Program-made: the position numbers and the translations under genes | Notes under the pieces: model-generated | Database searches by the model: none | What the model saw: the letters and a program-made list of their open reading frames with translations, nothing else | Told to the model about the DNA's origin: nothing | Source of the DNA: Octopus vulgaris | Lineage: Eukaryota | Reading direction: 5' to 3' | DNA: 64,000 nt | Assembly (NCBI GenBank): GCA_951406725.2 | Contig: OX597815.1 | Span: forward strand, 11,284,001 to 11,348,000 | In this document: one piece after another, positions 23,740 to 37,822 of the stretch | How the letters are laid out: each line of letters opens with the position of its first letter | Numbering within the stretch: position 1 is the first letter of the stretch

Positions 23740-25017
23740 ATCCTCCTCCTCAGCCGTGGATGAACAGGAAATCTACTTTTCATGACTTTAAGAAAGCTAT
23801 GTAGCAAATGAGATCAAAGAAGCCTCCAGGCCCAGATAACATCCGTTTTGAGCTGATCAAATATGGAGTCTTACCTTTGCAAGTCTGCCTCTTCATCCTC
23901 ATCTGAATCATGTGGGAATCCCAACACATCTACCTAAACAACTGAAAGATGCAGTTATCATAACTATTTTCAAAAAAGGTCATCAAAAAGCCTGTAAAAA
24001 CTATGAAGGAAAATCATTACTTTCCATCACTAGAAAGGTGTTTGCCAGGATTCTTCTAAATCGGTTCTAGATCGTCGCCGAAAATATCCTATCAGAATCT
24101 TAATATAGATTCCGTGCCTCTCGTGGCACAATTGACATGGTTTTCTGTGCAGGGAACAACAGAAATTCATTTCTTTTGTTTTCTATGACACGGAAAAAAA
24201 CTTTTGATAGCATTTCAAGAGTTGCTATGCGGAAGGTTTTGGATGTCCTGGTCACTTTATCTCTTTGGCTCAAGCAATGCACGACATTATGTCTGGACGT
24301 GTACTCCACCAAAAACATGCTGTTGGAAGAATTTCCAGCAATGTGCGAACTAAAACAAGGATGTGCCTTGGAACGTACGCTGGTCTCCTTGCATCTGGCT
24401 GAAAGGTTTCACGAAGTTCCTCCGGACAATCCAGGAACTGACATCAGATATTGATATCATGGAAGACTTTTCAATCTTAGGAGATTTTGATCTAAACATC
24501 TCACACATTTCCAACATAAACTCAGAATCTCAATATGCTGATGACAGAGCTGCCCTCTGTCATTCAAAACAAGAAGTCCAACAGTATGTGAAGAACTTTG
24601 TTATGTCCTACAAATGGTTTAACCTTAGAGTAAACACCAAGAAAACCAAAGTCCTTGTACAACCAGCTCTAAATACTATCTTACAGATTTTGATGTTACT
24701 ATCCTGGATCCAACTCTGGAAAGACCAAAGCATTTTCCATATCTAGACGGCCTTTTTACCAAATAAGTGTTCCTAAAAAAAGCATGTGGAACAAAGAATT
24801 TGAGCTACAGACAGGGCATTTGGAAAGTTAGCCAAACGCTTCTTCAACAATAAGGATCTTAAATTAACGTAAATTAGGATTTATTACGCTATTGCCATCT
24901 CCACGTTGCTATATGGCTGCGAAACCTGGACTCTATATCACCAAGACATGCAAAAATTACAACACATTCACCAACGAATGGTTCGTTCAATCTTGAGCAT
25001 CAAATGAGAACACTATG

Positions 25018-25020
<3 letters not shown>
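23740..25020 (+). pseudogene. Decayed RTE-clade LINE reverse transcriptase
   Basis: Broken frames give KA.GPD.I..ELIKYG, IITIFKKG, GKSLLSI..KVFARILLNR, ELKQGCAL, QYADD, LRVNTKKTKVL and IYYAIAISTLLYGCETWTLY. Confidence 0.88.
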
Positions 25021-25065
<45 letters not shown>

Positions 25066-25427
25066 GACATAGTGTTCTCATATATATATTAAATTAGAGA
25101 TAAAACCACTGTTAGGCAAATCAAACAGTGAAAAACATAAAACAAAACATAGGAATAAAATTAATTAATATAATATACAAAATATATAAAATATAAAATT
25201 CAAAATTTAAATTATTTAAATTTAAAGATAAAATATAAAAAAATTTAAATTATTAATTAATACTTATAAAGTTATACATATATATATATATATATATATA
25301 TATTATTTTTATTTTTATTTTTTATTTTATATTTTTAAAATTTTTTTAAATTATATATTTATTTATTTTTTCCCCAAAAATATATAACTATCAAAAAGTA
25401 TTAAAAAAGTTTAATATAAGATAAAAA

Positions 25428-25461
<34 letters not shown>

Positions 25462-25465
<4 letters not shown>

Positions 25466-25814
25466 CTTGTACTGTTGGGTCCAGCGAACCTAATTTAAAC
25501 ATACCTATTTTACACATACTTAAGGGTTTTTATAGTATCAAACGTTGATAAAGTGATATAAGGGCCTGATGATTGGGGTTACATTTTAAGAAGGGTTCCA
25601 GCAAAACACGGAGTGGTTTAGGAACCGGGGAATGTACCTCAGGAAACACGTGTTGCCAAGTAATAAAATAGTAGGTATTTAAAACAAAAATGCTTTTTAT
25701 ATGGTGAGATGAAGGGGCCTACTATCTCTAAATTAAAAAATATATTTCTTTACTTAGAATAATTTGAACCCCTGTTATGCCGGAATTTTTATTCTCTAAC
25801 AAATAAAATTTAAA

Positions 25815-25820
<6 letters not shown>
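25462..25820 (+). mobile_element. TA-flanked non-coding island carrying an HHR
   Basis: Unique ~360 bp between (TA)n tracts. HHR at 25563-25657, followed by AATAAA at ~25662. Confidence 0.65.
25563..25657 (+). ncRNA. Type I hammerhead ribozyme with extended stem II
   Basis: GGC-CUGAUGA-[UGGGGUUACAUU..GGUUCC..loop..GGAACC..AAUGUACCUCA]-GAAA-CACGUG-UU-GCC. Stem III is the palindrome ACACGUGU, and GUU cleavage is predicted after 25654. Confidence 0.8.
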
Positions 25821-25866
<46 letters not shown>

Positions 25867-26796
25867 CACATTCAGCCACACACACGTACTCGCAAATACT
25901 CATATATACTCGTATATCTATAACAACAGCTAAACGACCAAAATGCATTGAATATCAAGTAGTTAAATATATTCACCTCTCATATCACCTGAATTTTGTG
26001 GGGCTTTTGGGCTTCTGTGGTTTTTGTGGTTTATATATACGTATGTGAGTGAAACTGGGCTGACGGAAACGGTCGAATTCAGTAGCATGAAACCGTACTT
26101 GTAACTCAAATACTCAGTCATAAAAGTGATTGAATACTCTATTAATATACTGAAATTCAACGAGTAGGAACTTACGATTTTTATCTATTATCAGGTACAG
26201 AAGATTACGCTTACATTGTTAAGATTAAGAAGATAATGTACGGAAACCCAAGTTATGCCCTCAAAAACCTGTTTTTTTCTCTCGTGTAGGAAACAAAAGT
26301 AACACATATTTGAATATGCATTGCAGGAACATATATATTCGCAACCTATATATCCATACAGGGTCTTTCAGATACTCAAATAAATTCACTGTAATATACA
26401 ATCGGAAATTTTCATATACATCTATATATTAATATAAAACCGTATTTTCACACACACACACACACACACACGCGCGCACACACACACATGTATAGAAATA
26501 TATACAGAATATATGAGGTGCGCCATAAACAATGTGTGTGCATAAATCTATATATGGATGTATGTATGCATATATATAAGTATGTATAAGTGTGGATATG
26601 TATATATACATATAAATATATGTATATACAAAAAAATTATATATACATACATAAGTAAATATATATAAACTAAACATATATATATATATATATACACATA
26701 TATGCATATATATATATGTATATATATATATGTACATATATATATATATATATAGATATATACACGTATATATCTATATGCATATATATATATGTG

Positions 26797-26865
<69 letters not shown>

Positions 26866-27986
26866 TTATACACGTATATATCTATAAAGTCTGTGTGTAT
26901 ACACATTCACACACACACACACACACACATATCTATATACATGATTATATACACGTATATACATTGCTGCATGTAGAGGTGGAACAGACAGATATTCAAC
27001 GTAGAAAAGCGACAACTTTGTTGAAGCCATATACATTTTTACTGTCGTTAAACCGATGTTGTTACATAAACAATAAATAAATAAACAAATAAAAGAATGG
27101 CGAGGTGTTATCAAGACTCTAAATGTCATTTCTGTTATCCATCTGCGTTGCAATACGTAGCTTTTATAATGTTTGATTTGAATTTTCAAAACACTCTTTG
27201 TAATAAAACGAATGGAAATATTTCCATTTCTCTTTGTTTCTCTCTCATTCTACTTCTTCCAGTCTATCCGTCTTCTATTTTTCGTTTCTTTCATTTTTAT
27301 TATATCCAAATGTTTCTTCTTTCCTCTAGCTCTCTCTCTCTCTCTCCTTTCCTTTCTCTCTTCTTGTCTCTGTCTCTGTCTCTCTCAATCACCCGTCTCT
27401 TTAATAAAAATGGAGGGAGAAAAGTTCATAGTATAAAGATATTAATGTCAGCTTGAGACAAAACGTGGAAAGAATGTTTGTGGTATATATATATATATAT
27501 TTCACTCTTCTTCTTCTTCATGGTCGCAATTGCTTGCGGTTCCTCTCCTCCAACCTCATCTCTTCTACTCCATCTCGCTCGCAGAAACACATTCACACAC
27601 ACACACGCACACATTCACACAAACACGCACACATTCACACACACGCACAAACACAAGCACATTCGCACCCACACGCACATACACACACACACATATACAC
27701 ACATGCAGATAGAGACGTATATATAAAGCATTCACATAGACGGATATAATAACATATACATACGCATTTGTAGCTGTATGAGCTAAAATGCCACTGCCGT
27801 TGCAGCTGTTAATGATGATGATGATGACGATGATGATGATGACGATGATGAAGTATTAAGAATAAGAATATTTTGGTAACTATACACTCTACTATGATAT
27901 TAGGTATTAAGCACAAAAGCAGAAACGTATATGGAGATTACTCTATGTGTGCGTGTGTGTGTGTGCGTATGAATGATATATGTATA

Positions 27987-28112
<126 letters not shown>

Positions 28113-28169
28113 TCTTCAGCAAGTTAGCTAGGGATTCCTTAACGACCTTCATTTAATTAAGGTATCTTC

Positions 28170-28250
28170 GGCCTGATGAGTTGCTAGTGAAATACCACTC
28201 GTTAAGTAATTATAAGTTCCGAGGTTCTGCTCGTCAGGAAACATGTAGCC
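28170..28250 (+). ncRNA. Type I hammerhead ribozyme candidate in a microsatellite-flanked island (28110-28285)
   Basis: GGC-CUGAUGA-(58 nt, imperfect stem II with inner CUCG/CGAG)-GAAA-CAUG-UA-GCC. Stem III is the palindrome ACAUGU and the triplet is GUA. Confidence 0.6.
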
Positions 28251-28281
28251 TGGATTTTATCTGGCCCATACCTTCAATTTG

Positions 28282-28334
<53 letters not shown>

Positions 28335-30222
28335 CATATAAGCAGGAGTGGGTATGTGGTAAATAGCTGACTTACATCCCATGAGTCTCAGTTGTCAATG
28401 TGCGCATGTCTCATTGTGCTGTCCACTGAAGAAGATGGTCGGCAGTGTTTATCCCGCCAAAAGAAGCTGCTGCAAGGTAAGACTTTCCTCTTGGACCCAG
28501 TGAGGGTTGTTGTCTGTGCTTATATGTTTCACAAACAGGGACTCCTCACTGGATTTAGGATGCTGGTCTGCTTGCGGTTCAGCAATATGGTCCATAGTAA
28601 ATGAAAATTTGCTCTCATTGTGAGAAGTACAGTCTGGTGGGCCGTATTCTTTAACCAAAAATTGTTCACTTTTTAACAGTGTATGTTTTTACAACAAATA
28701 TATTCACCATTATTGAAAAATTGTATTTCAAATGTTCACATGAAGTGAACATTTTTTCTCGCTGTGAGAAATATAGTTTGGTGACGTTTACTGCCACCAA
28801 AAGTCGTTCACTATTTGTAAATCGTGTGTATTTTACAACTAAGGCGGAAAGCTGTATTTCAAGTGGAGCAGTCCAGGTTCTAATTGGTGTATCATAGGGC
28901 TGGAGTACCTGCATGCCCAACGTCCTCCGCAGGTCAACATAATCTCTTGGTTTCTTGTCTTGAAAGATGTTAGTATTCATCCTTGTAGCTGTTTGCACTT
29001 TGCTGCCACCATTGCACATATTTGTCACCAAGTCTCTGTCTGTTTGTCTGTCTTTCTCATACACACACGCATATATCATTATCATACAAGATTGCTCGTG
29101 AATGCTACACGTTATGTACATTACCCAGTACAATTGGTTGTATTGTTTTGTGAAAGGTGACTAAATCGTTGTCCTCACCGGTCCTGCCTATTGAAGAAGA
29201 TGACTTTTGGACTTGCAGCAACAACAAATATATAGTGCGTGTGTCTATTTGGCAAAAAAAAACCCCACCATCCAATGTAAGGTTATAGGCTGTAGAATAA
29301 ATACTGACTAACAAAGTAAAATGTTGCGCGGCGTTGAATGCTACTAATGAATCAACATATCTGGACTACGATGAAGAAGCAAAGACTGTTAAAAAAGCAT
29401 CATCTTGAAACTAGCTGTAAGGACTGGAATAGAATTTCTGTAGTGATATTGAAATAGCCGCTAAGGCTTTCTAATTCGCCAAGTTTCCGAATTTGTTATA
29501 ATAACCAGAATAACAATATTTTTTTCATATATATTTGTGAGGGTTGTGAGTGCTGTCAAATCAGCCAAATTTTTAATGTTTGTTATAAAAACAAGAATAA
29601 TATTTCAGCACATAAGTCGTAATAATCCTTAACGTTGTTTAAACGGCATCTCTCCATGATGAAAAGGAAAATCCGAAAATGGTGCTTCAAAGTGAACGCT
29701 GTTGTTCGTTCGACGTCCAGGCCACAACTAAATTAAACACTTTCAAAATCGGCGCGTTTCACTGTTGGGTGGTACACTCACATACATGTACTAAGACAGA
29801 TACACACAGACATACATTTACGCACACACCAAGCATATGTCTGTCCCTCTGTGTATCTGTCTCTTTCTTTAGATGTACTTATGTGTGTGTGTGTGTTAGT
29901 CGTCACAAAACTGTATGCATATTGACTGGCACATACACAAACGCATATACTTCTCAGTCATCGTAACGAACGTGCAAACACACACACTGACAGACTCATA
30001 CACACCCATATAAAAAATGTGACGTGGTGGTAGTGGTGGTCGGGATATAAAATGTCGTTTATGAGAGTTGACTTATAAACAGACTATTTGTATTGCAAAT
30101 ATGTAAATGAAAATAACGATTATTTGGTACTCGAAAGATTACTAAATCTTTTGATACACCATACGTCAAAATCGGCAACTAAGTTTTCGAATGCATAAGG
30201 AACATACGCGCGCAAACTCTGC

Positions 30223-30267
<45 letters not shown>

Positions 30268-30779
30268 GTGTGCGTGTGCGTGCGTGTGTTGTATGTATAG
30301 TTGTATATATTTGTAGTTCATGTAAATCTACGTAGGAGAATGATACACACGTCTTGTCTCTAAACATATTTTTCTGTAACTTGTTATACTCAGGGTGTTA
30401 CATGATTATTGAATGGCATTCATGTCACTCAAGACTGTGTCAAAATAAAATTCAATACTTTTTCCCTTTTCCGTTGCATGTCAAGGTTGACAGCGGAACT
30501 TTCATTGATGTGTTTGGGCATCACACGCGCATAAATGACTAGTAAATGCTGCTATTTACATAATTTTTCTCGTTCATTATGGCAGAAAGAATGTGCAGTC
30601 ACGGCTATCTAATGTTTTCTAGAGCTCCATTCACTGTTGAGGTGCCGTCAGAGTTTAGGATGTAGAACCTGAGTCCTTATATACTTATCAATGTGTGCAT
30701 GAGTCTATGGTCACTATCCATAGGAAAATGAAAAGTAGCAAAATGTTGATCACATTCGATAGCTATTGGACACATATCA

Positions 30780-30984
30780 TATTCTTTTCTACTCTAGGCG
30801 CAAGGCCTGAAATTTTGGGGAAGGGGATCAGTAGATTAAATCAACCCCAGTACGCAACTGGTAATTATTTTATCGACCGTGAAAGGATGAAAGGCAAAGT
30901 CGACCTCGGCAGAATTTGAACTCAGAACGTAAAGACAGACGAATACCGCTAAGTATGCTAACGTTTCTGCCAGTTCGCCGCCTT
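30780..30984 (-). mobile_element. SINE family B (deleted copy)
   Basis: GAAAGGATGAAAGGCAAAGTCGACCTCGGCAGAATTTGAACTCAGAACGTA...CTGCCAGTTCGCCGCC. Confidence 0.85.
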
Positions 30985-33661
30985 GGTACGTGTGTGTGGT
31001 ACTATATACACTTTTGCATGCATACATATAGCCACAGAGGTACAGAAGCACAAATATATTTACATATATATCGTAATCACTCATAGATATTCATCTACGC
31101 CTGTAAATTAGCTATCAGAAATAAATCATTTCAGCAGGACATCCAAGGATCTCAATATGTGGAGAAAACTCAATTATCAAAACAGTATACTGTATTAGCT
31201 GCTAGTTAGCATTGCAAAATCTTGAATTAGAACCGCTTGTGACTCAATGGTTAAATGCAACGTGGTGAGACTGAAAACTGATGAGATTGATCCTACTTCG
31301 AGACTATAAATTGAGACTATACATATGGAAGATCTGTTGTTGATTTCGGCGGATGGTCGTTAAATATCATAAATGAATGCATGTTAGCAACATTAAAGTA
31401 ACTGTATTAATTTAGTTGTTATAATAGTTGTATAGTTGTATATCAATTAGTGAAATTTGTGCCTCGTGCATGAAATGAATAGCAATGGCGAAAATATTTT
31501 CACTGCGGTACAGCATGCTTTAGTGACAAAACAATGGTTGTGATGATTAAGGAGACAACAAATGTGTCCAGCACAAGTGGCGATCATGGCTATGTTGGTT
31601 AGAAGTTTCCTTCGTAATTACGTTAACTCCTACAGTTTGGCATAACACCTTCATTAAATGTGCTCAACTGTATCCTAGAGTTGCATCAAGGTCCTGCAAG
31701 GGTTGTTTATTAGACAGAAAATGTGTCTGGGTTGTAAAATGAATCCATTACTCGGTTTGAAACCACCACTTAGCCTTCGTAGGTGTGAAGTAATCAGAGT
31801 ACATTCTGTTCTAAGCAATCGTGTCAGGTCTTCAGAATGAAGAAAAGATAACTTCCTCCTTGCTATTCAGTAGTATGGGCGACTCTAAAATGCTTTGAGC
31901 ATTGCTGTTCCACAGCTGGCTAAAATATCTTTTCAAGGCCATCATATGATAATGTATTTAATCAGTTGCTAGTTCTGCTAAAAATATCAGCCGAAACACC
32001 TTACAGTTCTCAAAAGAAAATAAGTAAATAAATAAATAGAGAGAGATGCTGTATATTAGGGTAGTTTTGTTCTAGATTCATTCAGTCGCAAAACAAAAGA
32101 TGTCCATGCCTTATCAAAGCTAACCTAGGGCTAGATATTAGCAATAATAACAGAGGCAAAAGGAGTTAATGCTATTAAATATTTACTCAAGGCAAAACAG
32201 AGGTAAGAATTGAATTAAAAAATTAATCACTTAGTAATAGGCTGGTAGTAATAAGAAGAAAACAGACAGTGATATTACAGACACCTACGTATAACATCGG
32301 ACCAGCAAACTGGAGTGTAAAAGAGTGTAAATCAGGTCTGGCGCCTCAAATATTGAAACATTAAAGAAAAGTACTGGACGTTTCTATGATGTAAAATGTC
32401 AGAGACTAGCTTGTGATTATACTAACACCACATGATACATACCCCAGTCAGTATACATACATACTAACGCTGCACAGTACACACAGACACACTCAAGCAC
32501 ACCGCACAGTACTTAGAGATACACAGTCTTAGTCTGTGCGTGCACTGTGTTGTATTAGCTTGTGCACACACCTACACACAAACACCATGCAGTATACACG
32601 CACTAACTGCATATATTAAACAGGAAAACCACATATACACACATATACACACATATACACACATTTATACGCATACATCGCATAATGCAGAGAGGTACGT
32701 GTCTAACCCTAGACAGCACACATATGCATACAACAACCAAGTAAACACACACACATACACATATACATACACATACACACACACACACACACACGACGAC
32801 GACAATAGCAACAACAACAAGAACCACCACAGAAGATTTGGTGTCTAAAAAATAACACCACATAGAAAATGGCAGTAGTGTTAACACGAGAAAATATGTG
32901 GTACATTATTGATTTAGAGGGAAACCGACACAAGACACAGCAGCAATAGGCCAAACAGTAATTCGAGATTATAGTCATTGAAGAGTAGTAAAGCAAAGCA
33001 TGCAATTAAACTGATATGTCGTGTCTTGTATACATAACAGTATCGATGAAAGAGACAAAAGAAATGTCTGAATATTAATTTTTCTAAATAATAGAAATAT
33101 CAAGGAGAGAGATAGCATGGAAGAAATATTAGGCCCCATATGTCTCAGTCATAGGTCTTTCGTTACAAAGAAGAAAGAAATGGTCGGGGATAAAACTCTG
33201 AAAGGAAACGTACTTGTCCAGCTTTTAGACGGATTGAAGATGTTTATGCATTTAAAAAAAAATATAGGATCAACATGACGGATACGAGACAATGTAAGAG
33301 GTCATAAAAAAACAGACTAAAGTAAACTTCACAAATTCAATTATACATATTTGTTCATTCTGGAGTCCCCCGCCCCACAAAACTCACATAACTCACACGC
33401 ATTGAACATAGGTAGGATGAACACTTGCATTAACAAATTAAACTGAATATAAATATATTTGTGTCCGCGTGACTATAAGTGTGTACATCTGTATGTGTAT
33501 GCATACAGTTTATTAGTCGAGAATAAGAGTTACTCAAGACGTACCTTCCCATGTCACAGTTGTTATCAAACTTTATTAAGTGCATTGGTACGAAACTCTA
33601 GCCTTCAGATTACTTTTGGTATTATTTTGCCTAAATAAAATATTGTGTGTGTGTATTTTTT

Positions 33662-34052
33662 TTTCTTTTACTTGTTTCAGTCATTTGACTGCGGCCATGC
33701 TGGAGCACCGCCTTTTTAGTCGAGCAAATCGACCCCAGGACTTATTCTTTGTAAGCCTAGTACTTATTCTATCGGTCACTTTTGCCGAACCGCTAAGTTA
33801 CGGAGACGTAAACATACCAGCATCGGTTGTCAAGCGATGTTGGGGGGACAAACACAGACACACAAATACATACATATATGTATACATATATACGACAGGC
33901 TTCTTTCAGTTTCCATCTACCAAATCCACTCACAAGGCTTTGGTCGGCCCGAGGCTATAGTAGAAAACATTTGCCCAAGGTGCCACGCAGTGGGACTGAA
34001 CCCGGAACTATGTGGTTGGTAAACAAGCTACTTACCACACAGCCACTCCTGC
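33662..34052 (-). mobile_element. SINE family A, full length
   Basis: Reverse complement of 42461-42846. Confidence 0.9.
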
Positions 34053-34062
34053 ACATATATAT

Positions 34063-34128
<66 letters not shown>

Positions 34129-34946
34129 GTATGTATGTATTCTGTGTGCGCATGCGTAAGTAAAAAGTCATATAACATAGACAGAGACACTCACAGACAC
34201 GAAACGTAGCAAATACTACGTGTAATGGAAAAAGTTGTAACCAATACATTAACTTATTTTTAAGTCTCATCCTTCCCAAACACAAGTGGAATATTAATAT
34301 GTGCACTGACTTACGGCTAGGCGAATTAAAATCAAAATGGTATAGAACGAAATATCTACAGACGTACACGCATACCAACAAACAAGTGGAAGACCGAAAC
34401 AGATGCAGGCATAAAAGCGCAAATCTACAACACACACACACACACACGCACACACACACACACATTCACATACACACAGACGGACAGACAGACACAAATA
34501 CACACATACACGCACACACATATATACGTAGACAAGCATTTATAAACATATACTGGTATAGATGCGTATATTTATGCATATATATGTATACATACATATA
34601 TACATACACGCAGAGCTATAATATATGCATTCATTTATACTATATATATATTACATATATACATACATATATGTACATATACACGCAGAGTACTACATGA
34701 GTATATATGCATTCATTTATACTATATATCTGTATATTACATATATACATACAATCCCTATATATATATATATAGATATGTACATATATACGCAAAGGTA
34801 CTACTATGCACATACTACGTAGTATATATGTACATATCTGGTATGTTTAATATCTGTATCTATCTATTATCTATTTATCTGTACGGATAATAATTCGCTT
34901 GCCACTTGTAATGGTATTTTAATAATACCATCCCTATATATATATA

Positions 34947-34948
<2 letters not shown>

Positions 34949-35017
<69 letters not shown>

Positions 35018-35021
35018 GTAT

Positions 35022-35062
<41 letters not shown>

Positions 35063-35072
35063 AATCTATCTC
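34949..35072. repeat. (TATC)n microsatellite
   Basis: Direct inspection. Confidence 0.95.
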
Positions 35073-35528
35073 TCTTTCTATATTGGTATGAATATGTATG
35101 AATCGAGAATCAAATGCATAGGGAATGAGTTCGAGAAAATAATACAAGCATAAAAACGAACGATGTAATGCGACACAGGAAGAAGATGAAGACAAAAGGA
35201 AAAAGACGATGACGATGATGATGATGATTATGATGATGATGATGGTTATAGTGGTGACGATGAAGAGACAGAGAAGATTAAGGAACAGGAGTAGAAGCTA
35301 GCGAATTCCCCTTGTGTTTAATTAGTAAGACATTTCAAAGAAGAAACACGAAATCAAATAGAATAAACTAATTCCACGAAAATATGCCAAGTTCTTCTTG
35401 TAGCCAATAATTCAAAATGTTTCTAGAAATAACAAAATAACGCCTTAAATGCTCTGCTGTTAGTTTCGTCCTCCACAATTTTATTCATTTTGTACGTTAG
35501 TGTACGTATTTCGTACATACGTTCGCGC

Positions 35529-35759
<231 letters not shown>

Positions 35760-36199
35760 TATGCGCGTGAACGTATGTACACAAATATAAACCGGAAATA
35801 ATTAAGGCTACCGCTACCACAAAAATAACAACTTCCTTTCTAAGGGCACGCGTGTTTAAGGGCACCTAAAGGTTAAACGAAACCGTTCACATACTAGAAA
35901 AGAAACCTTCTTCCCTAAAAAGGTTATTAACATCCCCATAAGATTTCATAACATTTAAGAAATAAATTATTTTAAAATCACCTTTACACTTCAAGAACTG
36001 TATTAAATAATTCTCATAGACTTATATATATATATATAAATAGATGTATTTATATATATAAACACCTTCCACGCTGCACTCAGATCAGGTCACTCGCCAT
36101 GAAAGTGTTTTTTTTTTTTTAATATTTCAGTAGACGTCCCTTGTATATTCCTGATTTCTTAATATAGGCAGTTGAAGAATCGTGGACTTCGAAGTATCA

Positions 36200-36760
36200 A
36201 TCTGGTACAATAGACTGCTTTTGCTCGTGATTTCGAAGGTGGTGTATTTGGAAAGTGACAACAAAATCTACTCGTTCCTACATTGAAATTCTCTCTAATG
36301 ACAACGTTTATAACGTGCCCCTTCAGGATTTTCCTTAGTTATATTATTGTACATTATGGTCCCAGCATTTAAAGCTTTTAACCGAAATTATTTTACTGGT
36401 AAACGTTCTTTGTAACCTTTCAATTTCTTCTATGAGACCGGATGAGTAGGACGACCAAAGCTGAGAGCAGTAATCTAATCTGCTCAGAACTAAAGTTTTC
36501 CATGGAATAGGCAAAACTACCGGTTCTTCTGTAACGAAGGTTTGTAGGATCGATCCTATGAGATGTCTGCATTTAGAGGTCTCTTTACTGATGTTGCTGA
36601 AGTAAGACACACTAACTGACATGATTAATCTTAAGACTCGTATGCCATTATTACTCTGAACCATTGTGTTGTCTTGTGTCTAATATTGTGATTGGTGTGC
36701 ATTGCCTCTGTATTGAAGAACCTAAAATTTTGATGTATTAAATTTCACCTAGTGATAAGA
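36200..36760 (-). pseudogene. Decayed CR1/L2-like LINE RT C-terminal region
   Basis: ILQTF...KTLVLSRLDYCSQLWSSYSSGLIEEIERLQRTFTSKI matches the LDYC..VWSP...I..LE.VQR.FT motif. Confidence 0.8.
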
Positions 36761-36833
36761 AATGAGGTTTAGCTGCTATCGATATTTTTGTATCATAAAC
36801 GTAATTCGTTAGGTTGGCTTATACCGGGTTGCG

Positions 36834-37136
36834 CTTCTCTTCATTCTCGACCCATGCCTGGCTCATAAGGACCGGCTTCCCGGTTTCCTTAGTGTATAGG
36901 TTTCCCACCTTGACGGGACGCCGGTCCGTCGCAGGTGAGCTGCAAGATGCAGGAGGAAAGAGTGAGAGAAAGGTTTGGCGAAAGAGTCAGCAGAAGTTCG
37001 CCATTACCTTCTGCCGGAGCCGCGTGGAGCTTAGATGTTTCGCTCATAAACACACACATCGCCCGGTCTGAGATTCGAACCCACGATCGCTCGACCGCGA
37101 GTCCGCTGTTCTAACCACTAGGCCATGTGCCTCCAC
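36834..37136 (-). mobile_element. SINE family C, near full length
   Basis: Minus strand GTGGAGGCACATGGCCTAGTGGTTAGAACAGCGGACTCGCGGTCGAGCGATCGTGGGTTCGAATCTCAGACCGGGCG. Imperfect TSD ACCG(G/C)GTTGCG. Confidence 0.88.
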
Positions 37137-37626
37137 ACCGCGTTGCGTGATAATAAATAATAATGGTCTTAGAACCGTGCACTGCGTTATACCATTTATT
37201 GTAGGTGGCATTGTAGAGAGAATACCATCTGCAACAAGAGATTAATTCCTACTGCGAAGACAAAGAGCCATTCTCTGAGTTTTTCAGTGATACCAATATC
37301 CTTTGTTCTGTGATAGAGGATTTCTGGATCAATCTTGTCAAACGCTTTAGCAAAATCAAGTCAGTGTTCATTCCTCGCAAGAGGTTATTGAGTATGGTGT
37401 TATGGCGCTGTAATAGTTGTGACAGCCAACCTCGTCCAGTCCAAAAACGTTGTGTAGCATCTAAGAGGTTGTCTTCCCCAAAACGTTTATGTATGTATGT
37501 ATGTATGTATGTATACATGTATGTCATTATTCAGTGAATTTCAAAATTTCTTACAAATAGAGAAAGAACCGGTTTCTAACTTAGATTCAAGGTTCCTTCA
37601 CTGGAATTTCAACATCAACAACAGGG

Positions 37627-37822
37627 TATGTATGTATGTATGTATGTATGTATGTATGTATGTATGTATGTATGTATGTATGTATGTATGTATGTATGTA
37701 TGTATGTATGAATGTATGTATGCATACATGTATGTATGTATGTATGTATGTATGTATGTATGTATGTATGTATGTATGTATGTATGTATGTATGAATGTA
37801 TGTATGCATACATGTATGTATA
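37627..37822. repeat. (TATG)n microsatellite
   Basis: Direct inspection. Confidence 0.95.

Noticed and set aside
33580-33960. ORFs such as 33580-33960, 42556-42996 and 48082-48657 with 'protein-like' sequence
   Set aside because: They are readings of SINE family A, and the same peptides recur at each copy.
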